Positions 28,917 to 37,692 of a stretch of DNA of 64,000 bases are shown in pieces (positions within the stretch are counted from its first letter, which is position 1; the number at the start of each line of letters is the position of its first letter). The notes under the pieces were generated by a model. The model did not search any database and was not told the DNA's origin. It was given only the letters and a program-made list of their open reading frames with translations. The stretch comes from Candidatus Hydrothermales bacterium (GTDB taxonomy: Bacteria; Hydrothermota; Hydrothermia; Hydrothermales; JAJRUZ01), in the NCBI GenBank assembly GCA_039630575.1, contig JBCNUW010000005.1, positions 1 through 64,000 of the forward strand. The letters run 5' to 3'. Both the position numbers and the translations under genes were made by a program.

Positions 28917-29651
28917 TTATTCTTTCAAGTAGTTTATTATAAAGTTTCCGAGTTTTTCTATATTTTCTAAACTTATTTTATCCCAAGTATCTTCCACTGT
29001 ATGCCAAAAGGGGTAATCAAAGTCAATAAGAAGTATAACTTTCTTATTCGATTCAAGTAAAGGCAGGTGGTCATCTAATATGTAGTATTTTAACTTTTTA
29101 ATAAAAAAATTCATTTTCTTTTTCTCAGCATAGCTGAAAATTGAATATGTGAGATCAGGAGCAAATCTCAAAGAGTAACCTTCTATAAAGATTTCAAGGT
29201 TTTTATCACCAATCATATCAAAAATTATACCCCATTTGATATCGTAATTTTTTTTAGCAAAGTGTTTTGATCCGTAAAGTGGCGGTGTTTCTCCGAAATC
29301 TTCTCCATCAAAGAATACAAAGAGTAAGTTTTTGTTTAAATCTCTAAGTTTTTTTGCTAAGTATAAAAGCAAAATTACTCCTGAACCAGAATCGTTTGCC
29401 CCTTCAATACCTGGTTTTGTGTCATAATGAGTACCCAAAAGAATAAAATTATTTTTTCCTTTTTTAAAAATCAAATTATAAAATTTGAAATTATCTTCAA
29501 AGAAAGAATCAATTTCACAAAGGTAGCCCATCTCTTTATACTCCCTGAAAAGAAATTCTCTTAGTTTTTTATGACTCTCTGTTCCAGGGACTCTCGGACC
29601 TATTGAAATTAGAAAATTCATATAAAAAAAAAGAATTGTATCCTTTACCAT
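28917..29651 (-). CDS. M28 family peptidase / glutaminyl cyclase-like
   Basis: GPRVPG, THYDT, GANDSGSGV, FFDGED, DMIGD, DDHLP, DFDYPFWHT. Confidence 0.88.
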   Translation of the reverse strand: MVKDTILFFYMNFLISIGPRVPGTESHKKLREFLFREYKEMGYLCEIDSFFEDNFKFYNLIFKKGKNNFILLGTHYDTKPGIEGANDSGSGVILLLYLAKKLRDLNKNLLFVFFDGEDFGETPPLYGSKHFAKKNYDIKWGIIFDMIGDKNLEIFIEGYSLRFAPDLTYSIFSYAEKKKMNFFIKKLKYYILDDHLPLLESNKKVILLIDFDYPFWHTVEDTWDKISLENIEKLGNFIINYLKE

Positions 29652-31471
29652 CAGAACATATGAAGAGGCATCGTACTAATATCGATACCAACACAGAATA
29701 CACCCCTTTGTGGAGGAATTATAACCCACCTTTCCTTGATTACTAATTTGTCAATTTTCCTTTTTGCCTTTAGATCAAATAAAAAGGCTTCCTTTGGTTT
29801 TTCTCTAAAGAGTAATTTGATGTTATCATTTTCTTGTGAGTATAGATAAATGAAAAGTATATTTTCACTTAAATTTAAAGATAAAAAGTTAACGTTATCG
29901 TTTTTTAATTCAAAAAGTGACTTTAAGTCCTTTTTAAGTGTCCCCTTAAATAAAATTGGCTTATATCTAAATTTCAAAAATTCCTTAACTGTAAACTCTG
30001 AAATCTTTTTGATCTCTAATTCAACATTTTTATTAAAGACTAGTTTTATTTTACCATTTAACCTTTTTAGAATTGTTCCAGGAATTGTTCTTAGGAGGTA
30101 TTTTTTTTCTCCCTCTATAACTAAAAAACCTGAATAGACCTTTTCTGTAGTTAGCTCCTCTTTCATAAATGAAGAAAAGGTGTAAACTTTAAGGTTTTTT
30201 TCATTTCCTATTATAATTTCACAATTCTTTATGTTGAAAAGTTTCCCCTTTATTAAAAAACTTTCATCATGAGGTAAAAGGGATATTGAAAATAAAAAAA
30301 TTTTTTTGTCCCATTTCAGTTTAGAATATGTCTTAATGAAGTTTTCCTTGTAAATTTCTTCTTCATAAATTCCGCCTTTCATTTCACCCTTTTCTCCAAT
30401 TAACTTTGGGTAAATAAGTAGATCATAGAATTTCAAGCTACCTCTTTCATAAATTTTGAAATCCACCTCACTTAATTCTGATTTTTCTTCTTTAAGTTCT
30501 GAAAAACTAAGGCTTTCTACCTCTGTTTTAAAGAGTTTGTTCTTTATGATCCTATAGTATTCTGTTTTAAAGGGTAAAGAATTAAAAATAAAGTAGCTTT
30601 CTTTTTCATCAATAAGATCTTCTGTAATTTTCTTGCTGTAAAACTTTAATTCCTTAATTTCTTCTTTTATTAATTCTATATTTTCTGTGTTGAAAAGTTT
30701 TAAGAAATTTTTAGTCTTTTCCTTAATAAAGTAATCTGAAAGAGTAACTTTGTGAACTTTAAGAATTGTATTTAAAACGCTACATTTAAAAATTAATTCC
30801 TCAAGTTTTTTGAAGTAAAGGAAATTTTTTTTAATTTTTAGATCTGAATTAAATTCAAGGGGTTCCCCCTTTTCAGGAACAGTTGATATTATTTCCTCAA
30901 GTGAGAAGACGTTGTTTTTTATTTCATCTTTTTGAGGAAAAGATTCTATGAATACAGTTTTTGAGTCAAAAGAAACGTTCATTATTTTAATTTCATTTTC
31001 AGTGTCTTTTGTTATAATGATGTGTTTTTTTAATGGAATTTTTGAAAGTACAAGGTCTATCTCAAAACCTTTTATAAGGTAATAAAATCCACTTGGCAGT
31101 TTACTTATTAGTGGTATGTAAAGAATTTTTTCTCCTGAAAAATTTTCCTTTAGTTCATCGTAAACAATTTTAAAATTTGTAATAAGTGAGTGAGCTTCAA
31201 GAATATTTAAGGGAATAAAATAATAAAGGGGGTTAATTCCAATTTTTTTTAGTCTAAGAAGTAAGTTAATTTTTAACTCTTCAGAACTATTTTCTTTATA
31301 AAATCTTAGAAAGAAAGAGGCACTAGATCCTGTGTGGATGTATCTTATATTTCCTTTTTCCATTTCTTGAAGTATTTTTTCAAATTTAACTCTCCATTCT
31401 GGATAGCTTAGATTGAAGTTTCTCTCATAATCTGTTTCTAAAACATTCACAAAAATTTTTTCCTCTTTCAT
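29651..31471 (-). CDS. Hypothetical protein, possibly a degenerate GH38 alpha-mannosidase-like protein
   Basis: 606-aa ORF; weak resemblance only (IFNSLPF, NDNVNFLSL...IYLY); no HxHxD metal-binding motif. Confidence 0.5.
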   Translation of the reverse strand: MKEEKIFVNVLETDYERNFNLSYPEWRVKFEKILQEMEKGNIRYIHTGSSASFFLRFYKENSSEELKINLLLRLKKIGINPLYYFIPLNILEAHSLITNFKIVYDELKENFSGEKILYIPLISKLPSGFYYLIKGFEIDLVLSKIPLKKHIIITKDTENEIKIMNVSFDSKTVFIESFPQKDEIKNNVFSLEEIISTVPEKGEPLEFNSDLKIKKNFLYFKKLEELIFKCSVLNTILKVHKVTLSDYFIKEKTKNFLKLFNTENIELIKEEIKELKFYSKKITEDLIDEKESYFIFNSLPFKTEYYRIIKNKLFKTEVESLSFSELKEEKSELSEVDFKIYERGSLKFYDLLIYPKLIGEKGEMKGGIYEEEIYKENFIKTYSKLKWDKKIFLFSISLLPHDESFLIKGKLFNIKNCEIIIGNEKNLKVYTFSSFMKEELTTEKVYSGFLVIEGEKKYLLRTIPGTILKRLNGKIKLVFNKNVELEIKKISEFTVKEFLKFRYKPILFKGTLKKDLKSLFELKNDNVNFLSLNLSENILFIYLYSQENDNIKLLFREKPKEAFLFDLKAKRKIDKLVIKERWVIIPPQRGVFCVGIDISTMPLHMF

Positions 31472-32238
31472 ATTTTTTTAAGTATTCTCTCTGTTTTAGA
31501 TACATATTCAAATTTATCTAAAAATTCAAAAGGTAAGAACTCAGTTTTACCAAGAACAAGGAAACCATCCCTTTTTAGACTTGAGTAAAGATTTTCAAAA
31601 ATTACTCTCTGTTTTTCTTTTATGAAATAAATTATCACATTTCTGCATAGGACGAGATCGAAGTTTAAAAGGGGTGGCTTTTTTGTTATATCATGAAAAA
31701 AGAAAGTTATGTTTTTTTTAAGATCCTCTGATATTTTAAAATTCCCCTCAATTTTTACAAAGTATTTATTTTTTAACTCTATGGGTGTTTCGATAAATTT
31801 ATCTGGTCCGTATATTCCTTCTTTGGCTTTTTCAAGTACCTCATTATCGATATCAGTAGCGTAGATTTTATAAGTTTCAATTCCTTCTTCTTTTAAAAGT
31901 ATTGCTATAGAGTAAGGTTCCTCTCCAGATGCGCAGCCTGCACTCCATATGTAAACCCTTTCCTTAATTTTTAGATGAGGAAAAACTATATTTTTTATCT
32001 GTTCAAAGGTGCTTTTATTCCTGAAAAAATATGATACATTGATTCCTATTTCATCGATAAATTTTTTCCTTTCTTCTATATCAATTTCAAGTTTTTCTAT
32101 ATAAGAATTAAAGTTAGTTAGATTATTCTTTCTCATTCTTGCTCTTATTCTTCTTTCTAGGTAGTTATCTCTGTAATATGAAAGGTCGATGCCTGTTTTT
32201 TCTAAAATTAATTCTTTAATTGCCTTTAAGTTATACAT
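31468..32238 (-). CDS. cheR: CheR-type protein-glutamate methyltransferase
   Basis: INVSYFFRN, IWSAGCASGEEPYSIA, YATDID, DLVLCRNVIIYF, GFLVLGKTE. Confidence 0.93.
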   Translation of the reverse strand: MYNLKAIKELILEKTGIDLSYYRDNYLERRIRARMRKNNLTNFNSYIEKLEIDIEERKKFIDEIGINVSYFFRNKSTFEQIKNIVFPHLKIKERVYIWSAGCASGEEPYSIAILLKEEGIETYKIYATDIDNEVLEKAKEGIYGPDKFIETPIELKNKYFVKIEGNFKISEDLKKNITFFFHDITKKPPLLNFDLVLCRNVIIYFIKEKQRVIFENLYSSLKRDGFLVLGKTEFLPFEFLDKFEYVSKTERILKKI

Positions 32239-33811
32239 CTACAGTTTTTTTAATGATTTCTAAGTTTCTTTTTGCTACTTTATTTTCCGGATCAATTTTT
32301 AACAAATCTTCAAAGTACTTTGTAGCAGTTTTGTGTTTACCCTCCCTTAGGTAGATGTTACCGAGTCTAAGGAATGCTTCTTTGTTTTGTTTGTCGATTG
32401 ATATTATTTGGGTGTAAAGAGTTTTACTCTCATCGTATCTTCCCTTTTCGTATAAAAGGTCAGCCAGAGCAAGTTTGTACTTAACATTTGATGGTGAAAG
32501 TTTGATAGCATTTCTTAGATAATCTTCGGCTTCTTTGAACTTCTTTAAGGACCTGTATGAGATCCCTAAACCGTAGTTAACCTCTGGGTTTTTAGGATCA
32601 TAACCTTTTACGATTGATAGTATTTCGATTACTTGAAGATACTTTTTTTCGTTGTAAAGCTTTTGTGCTAACATAATATAGGGTGTCTTTAGAAAAGACT
32701 TTTCCCTCATTAAAGCTTTAATTATTTCTTCTGACTTTGTTTTTTTGTTTATTTTGTCAAAGTAAATAGCTTTGTTTAGCAAAAATCTTTCATCTACAAA
32801 TCCCAATTTATCAATTTCATTTAAAATTTTTTCAGCTTCTTCAAGGTTATCTGTTTCAAGGTATATATAAAAGAGATTATTCATAATTTTTGGGTTTGAA
32901 GGGTCTCTCTTTTTAGCTTCCATTAGAAACTCTATTGCCTTTTGAAATTCCTTTTTGTAAATTGAAAGAAGTCCTAGATAGAAAAAACCATCGGCTTTGT
33001 CAGGTATAAGTTCATTTAATCTTTTAAATTCCCTTTCTGCTTCTTCGAAGAGTCCAGTTTTTAAAAAGGCGTATCCTAAGTTAATATGTTCTAAGATTTT
33101 TGTTTTTGATATTTCTTCATCCTTTTCTTTTTTTGTAGTTGTATCTATAACTCCCTTTAAAAGGAGATTTTTGAAGGTTTCAGCAAGTTCAAAGAGATTT
33201 TTCCCTGTTTCCTCAAGCACTTCTTTTACAGTTTTTTTTCCATCTATCATTTCAATTATAATTTTTTCATTCTCATCAAAAGGTTTGTATGTTTTATCCT
33301 TTAGAATACAAACTTCGTTAAGTGAAGGGATTACTTCTTGAACTTTTTTCCATTCATCAAAGGTTTTTGCAGATTCTATAAGTAAATAGGAAGGGTCAAG
33401 AGAAATTACAGGTTTTTCCTTTGGAAATTCATCCTGTTCAAAGTTAAAGTATCCATCTGACCATGAGATTGCCTCTGAAACAAATTTTTTTATTTCCTCT
33501 TCGTAGGCTTTTTTTATTTCATTTTCAGGAACTCCAAGTTCAAGAAGAGCAGAGCCAAAGTTTGGTGCTCCCTTTTCAATTAAATTCTTTGCCTTTTGGT
33601 GAGTCTCTTCGTCAATTACTCCTTTAGATAAGAGAATTTCTCCTATTTTTTCTTGTTTATTTATCATTTTTCCGTATATTACTATTCCACCTTTGAAAAA
33701 AATCTCAAGAAAGTCCTCTCCGTTTGTTACTGATAGTCTACCAGTTTTTTTACCCATAACCATCAATTGGACAACATCTGAAAAGGGAATTTCTTTTAGA
33801 GAACCCCTCAT
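32231..33811 (-). CDS. DUF4388 domain protein with TPR repeats
   Basis: MRGSLKEIPFSDVVQL..KKTGRL, WSDGYFNFE; multiple TPRs (HINLGYAF, FYLGL, YGLGISY, LRLGNIY). Confidence 0.88.
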   Translation of the reverse strand: MRGSLKEIPFSDVVQLMVMGKKTGRLSVTNGEDFLEIFFKGGIVIYGKMINKQEKIGEILLSKGVIDEETHQKAKNLIEKGAPNFGSALLELGVPENEIKKAYEEEIKKFVSEAISWSDGYFNFEQDEFPKEKPVISLDPSYLLIESAKTFDEWKKVQEVIPSLNEVCILKDKTYKPFDENEKIIIEMIDGKKTVKEVLEETGKNLFELAETFKNLLLKGVIDTTTKKEKDEEISKTKILEHINLGYAFLKTGLFEEAEREFKRLNELIPDKADGFFYLGLLSIYKKEFQKAIEFLMEAKKRDPSNPKIMNNLFYIYLETDNLEEAEKILNEIDKLGFVDERFLLNKAIYFDKINKKTKSEEIIKALMREKSFLKTPYIMLAQKLYNEKKYLQVIEILSIVKGYDPKNPEVNYGLGISYRSLKKFKEAEDYLRNAIKLSPSNVKYKLALADLLYEKGRYDESKTLYTQIISIDKQNKEAFLRLGNIYLREGKHKTATKYFEDLLKIDPENKVAKRNLEIIKKTVDV

Positions 33812-35616
33812 GGGTAGTCCTCAAAAATTCTTTCTTCTAATATTTCAATATCAAAGGTTATTTTTTTGCTTTCTTCTAAGGATGTATAATCTAAGCTTAT
33901 AAGCTCTTTCCCGCTATCTGTTAGAAATTCTGTAGAAGATTCAATTGTTTTAACTTTTTCAATTTCTTTAAAAAACTCATCTAAGTATTCTTCAAATTCT
34001 TTTAAGTCAAAAAAATCTCTGTTTATTATTTCTTTTTTTAAGTTTTCATCAATTTCTATATTTTTACTTTTTAGTTTTTGGTTTAGGATTTCAAGAAAAA
34101 TTTTATTATCTGGTTTTTCAATAAATGTAACTTTTGATATGTTAAACAAGTTTTTAAATTCTGGTGGAAGATAAATTTCTTTCATTTCCTTTTTAATTCC
34201 TATGAGGAATTTTTTTCCTTTAATTTTTTCTTTAATTATTAATGGTATTAATTTGTCTCTAAGATCTTCTACATCGAAAAAGATCTCAGCGTCATCTATG
34301 ATTATAAAGTTAAAATCCTCAAACACTGTATTCAGTTTGCTTTCATTTTCAAAAAAAAGATCAGCTAGATCTCCAGAGTTAAAAAATCTTTTCTTAGGTT
34401 CAGGGTTAATTTCATAGGCATATAAAAGATGTGTTGAAAGTCCTCTGTGACCAGGTGAGAAGACAAATATTAGCGGAGGATCTCCTTGAGTTACCTGTTT
34501 TCTTATATTTTCAAGAACCTCTCTGTTGTAATCTGACTCTATTATTTTATATTCTGTTTCCCTTAATTTTTTAGGTATTTCTTTAGTTTTTAGATACGCT
34601 CTTTTTTCCTCAATAAATTTTTCAACTTCTTCGATTCTTTCTGGATCAAAAAGAGCCCTTTCAATTTCTAAATCTTGTTCACCTATTTCACCGTATATTT
34701 TTTGAAATTCAATCAATTTTGTAATGTCACTTATAAATTTTTTATATTCTTTTTTTATGATCTCAATGTCTTTTATGTCTATAAGTTTTTTAAGTCTATC
34801 TGTTTTGTAACCTTTCATTTCCCATATATAAATTTTTTCCTTTAATGCTGTTTTTATAGCTTCTTCCTCTCTTGCAATTATTTCAAGCTTTTCAAGACTT
34901 TTTTCTATATCTGGTATTATGTCTGAGAAAAAAAGAACTGATAGAGATATTCCGGTTATCTCTTCAATGTCCTCTTCTTCAATTTTTTCTTTCGAAATAA
35001 ATCTTAAAAAAAGTTTATTTATGTCTCCTTCAATTTCTCTTATATTTTTATAACCTTTTTTTGAGATAAGATTTATGAATCTTTCTTCTATCAAAGCACC
35101 TCTTTTTGAGAGTTTTTCTTTAACTAAAAGTTTAATATCTTCCTCATCGGGAGGTAAAATTTCAATTACAAGCCCACCTTTTATTCTTGATATTAACTCT
35201 TCTTTCAATCCTTTTATTTCATCAAACATTAGGGAGGATGAGAGAATTATTTGGATTTCATTAGCAAGAATTATATCAATATTTTTAGAGAAGTCTTCGA
35301 TTATTTCATTTTTTATTTTATGGAAAGTTTCAAAATTATCAATAATAAGGAATCCCTTTTTAAATTCGTATATTTTTTCATAATCCTTTTCAAATTCTCT
35401 TGGTGTTAAAAAGAGTTCTTTTATGTTTTTTTCTCTTAATTTATGAGCAAGAGCTGTTACAAGATGAGTTTTTCCCATTCCTGGTTCTGAGTAAATAAAA
35501 ATTGGGTTAAAAAGGAGTGGTTCTTCAACTATTGTTTCAAGTGCTCTTTTTGCCATCTTGTTTCCTTTGTATTCAATAAAATTTTTGAAGGTAAATCTCG
35601 GATTAAGAAGGCTCAT
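33808..35616 (-). CDS. DnaA/Hda-like protein with tandem AAA+ domains and no DNA-binding domain
   Basis: LNPRFTFKNFI, FNPIFIYSEPGMGKTHL, IIDNFE, LISRIKGGL, NIREIEG; second degenerate module with IIIDDAE. Confidence 0.8.
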   Translation of the reverse strand: MSLLNPRFTFKNFIEYKGNKMAKRALETIVEEPLLFNPIFIYSEPGMGKTHLVTALAHKLREKNIKELFLTPREFEKDYEKIYEFKKGFLIIDNFETFHKIKNEIIEDFSKNIDIILANEIQIILSSSLMFDEIKGLKEELISRIKGGLVIEILPPDEEDIKLLVKEKLSKRGALIEERFINLISKKGYKNIREIEGDINKLFLRFISKEKIEEEDIEEITGISLSVLFFSDIIPDIEKSLEKLEIIAREEEAIKTALKEKIYIWEMKGYKTDRLKKLIDIKDIEIIKKEYKKFISDITKLIEFQKIYGEIGEQDLEIERALFDPERIEEVEKFIEEKRAYLKTKEIPKKLRETEYKIIESDYNREVLENIRKQVTQGDPPLIFVFSPGHRGLSTHLLYAYEINPEPKKRFFNSGDLADLFFENESKLNTVFEDFNFIIIDDAEIFFDVEDLRDKLIPLIIKEKIKGKKFLIGIKKEMKEIYLPPEFKNLFNISKVTFIEKPDNKIFLEILNQKLKSKNIEIDENLKKEIINRDFFDLKEFEEYLDEFFKEIEKVKTIESSTEFLTDSGKELISLDYTSLEESKKITFDIEILEERIFEDYP

Positions 35617-36011
35617 CTTTTTAGAAGATCAATTATCTTTTTACTAAGTTTTTTTGCTTGCACCTCAACTATTCCAAGTATTGTTCTATCGTCGAAAAAA
35701 GTGGTGAGTAAAAAATCTTCTCCTACAAGTGTATAATATATATTCCAACTGTTTCCCTCTTGAAAAAAGGTAAGAAAATTTTTTTCTCCTATCAATCTTG
35801 CAAGTTCTCTTGTACTTTGAAAGACTCCAGCTAAAAGTGCGGAAATTGCAAGGAGGTTGAATGGTGTTTTAAAACCAGAGGAAACAAGTAATTGCCCGGA
35901 AAGGGTAGAAAGCATTGAGGAGTGTGTATTTGCTCTGTAAGTGAAATCATCAAGTAATTTTTGAAGAGTTACAAACTCCTCAACACCTAAAATTAAGGTG
36001 TCTTTATTCAC
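35613..36011 (-). CDS. mglB: Roadblock/LC7 (MglB-like) protein
   Basis: SGQLL, ISALLAGVFQSTRELARLIGEKNFLTFFQEG, FDDRTILGIV; GTG start. Confidence 0.82.
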   Translation of the reverse strand: MNKDTLILGVEEFVTLQKLLDDFTYRANTHSSMLSTLSGQLLVSSGFKTPFNLLAISALLAGVFQSTRELARLIGEKNFLTFFQEGNSWNIYYTLVGEDFLLTTFFDDRTILGIVEVQAKKLSKKIIDLLKR

Positions 36012-36039
36012 TATATATATTTTAAATTACTAACCTTTC

Positions 36040-36219
36040 TTATTTCCCCTTTTCAAAAATTAAATGAAAGGCAATAGAAAAGAAAAGTAATGTCCATGTG
36101 CCCTTAATATAAGTATAGGGTTTAAAAAGATGGGGAAACTCAGCACCTGTTAATTTTAAGATCATAGCAATTATAAATGTTATTACAGCTAGAAAAAATA
36201 AAACTTTTGAAACTTTCAT
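36040..36219 (-). CDS. Small two-TM membrane protein (59 aa)
   Basis: MKVSKVLFFLAVITFIIAMILKL...TWTLLFFSIAFHLIFEKGK; ATG 36219 is more plausible than the ORF-track start. Confidence 0.6.
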   Translation of the reverse strand: MKVSKVLFFLAVITFIIAMILKLTGAEFPHLFKPYTYIKGTWTLLFFSIAFHLIFEKGK

Positions 36220-36385
36220 CTTTGTATCTTGTTTTTTATAGGAATTGAACCTTATAATTATATAAAATATTTTAAAGTATTTGATTTTATTTGTAAAGTA
36301 TATATATAATAAAAATAACAATTAATAAAAGGGAGGTGGGTTAAATTCCCATAAATTATCTTAAAACAATAGGGAGGGTTAAAAA

Positions 36386-37639
36386 ATGGAAAAGAAAAAT
36401 CCATTTGAAGTTGCCCAGGAGCAGCTTGATAAGGCTGCAAGTGTATTAAAACTTGAACCACATATACATGAGATGCTGAGATGGCCTATGCGTGAAGTTC
36501 ATGTAACAATTCCTGTAAGAATGGATGATGGAACAGTTAAAATTTTTAAAGGCTATAGAGTTCAATACAATGATGCCCTCGGTCCAACAAAAGGTGGTAT
36601 AAGATTTCACCCAGAGGAAACTATTGATACTGTTAGAGCACTTGCTGCTTGGATGACTTGGAAAACAGCTCTCATGGACTTACCCTATGGTGGAGGAAAA
36701 GGTGGTGTTGTCTGTAATCCTAAAGAGATGTCAGAAAGAGAACTGGAAGATCTTTCAAGAGGCTATATAAGAGCAATTGCTCAGGTTATAGGTCCTGAAA
36801 AGGATATTCCTGCTCCTGATGTTTATACAAATCCCCAGATAATGGCTTGGATGATGGATGAATTTAGCAAAATAAGACAGTACAATTCACCAGGTGTCAT
36901 AACTGGAAAACCATTAAGGATTGGTGGTTCTGTTGGAAGAATAGATGCTACTGCAAGAGGTGGAATGTATGTTTTAAGAGAAGCTGCTAAAAAACTCGGA
37001 ATAGATCTTAAAAATGCTACCTGTGCAATTCAGGGCTACGGAAATGCAGGTTATTTTGCCCATAAATTGATAACAGAAATGTTTGGAACAAAAGTAATCG
37101 CTGTAAGTGATTCAAAGGGAGGAATTTTATCAAAAGATAAAAAACCCCTTGTTTTTGAAGAGGTTTTTGAACATAAAAATAAAACAGGATCAGTAGTTGG
37201 ATTTAAGAATACAACTAAGATTACAAATGAGGAACTCCTTGAACTTGATGTTGATATTCTTGTACCTGCTGCACTTGAGGAAGTTATTACAGGTGAGAAT
37301 GCAAACAGAATTAAAGCGAAGATAATTGTTGAGCTTGCTAACGGTCCAGTTACACCTGAAGCTGATGATATACTCCATAAGAAAAATATTTTATTTTTGC
37401 CTGATTTTCTTGCAAACGCTGGTGGTGTAACTGTTTCATACTTTGAATGGGTTCAAAACATAACTGGACTTTATTGGGATGAAGAAGAAGTTTATTCTAA
37501 GCTGGATAATAAAATGACAAAATCCTTTAATGCTGTTTGGGATGCTATGCAAGAATATAAAGTTGATCCAAGAGTTGCAGCTTACGTTGTTGCTGTAAAG
37601 AGGGTTGTTGAAGCAATGTCTTTGAGGGGTTGGGTATAA
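36386..37639 (+). CDS. gdhA: Glutamate dehydrogenase (Glu/Leu/Phe/Val family)
   Basis: [68 protein letters not shown]. Confidence 0.96.
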   Translation: MEKKNPFEVAQEQLDKAASVLKLEPHIHEMLRWPMREVHVTIPVRMDDGTVKIFKGYRVQYNDALGPTKGGIRFHPEETIDTVRALAAWMTWKTALMDLPYGGGKGGVVCNPKEMSERELEDLSRGYIRAIAQVIGPEKDIPAPDVYTNPQIMAWMMDEFSKIRQYNSPGVITGKPLRIGGSVGRIDATARGGMYVLREAAKKLGIDLKNATCAIQGYGNAGYFAHKLITEMFGTKVIAVSDSKGGILSKDKKPLVFEEVFEHKNKTGSVVGFKNTTKITNEELLELDVDILVPAALEEVITGENANRIKAKIIVELANGPVTPEADDILHKKNILFLPDFLANAGGVTVSYFEWVQNITGLYWDEEEVYSKLDNKMTKSFNAVWDAMQEYKVDPRVAAYVVAVKRVVEAMSLRGWV

Positions 37640-37665
37640 AAATCTTTTATAATTTTCCTTTCATG

Positions 37666-37690
37666 GGGGGGCAAAAGCCCCCCTTTTTTT
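37666..37690 (+). terminator. Intrinsic terminator downstream of gdhA
   Basis: GGGGGGC-AAAA-GCCCCCC hairpin followed by T7, between convergent genes. Confidence 0.9.
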
Positions 37691-37692
37691 AT

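Noticed and set aside
33808..36385. Possible dnaA/oriC locus
   Set aside because: The protein lacks DnaA domains I and IV, dnaN is not adjacent, and no cluster of TTATCCACA boxes was seen in the flanking intergenic DNA.
36220..36461. ORF-track starts 36321 and 36461 on the minus strand
   Set aside because: They cover the AT-rich divergent promoter region and the start of gdhA; only the 59-aa ORF from ATG 36219 looks like a protein.
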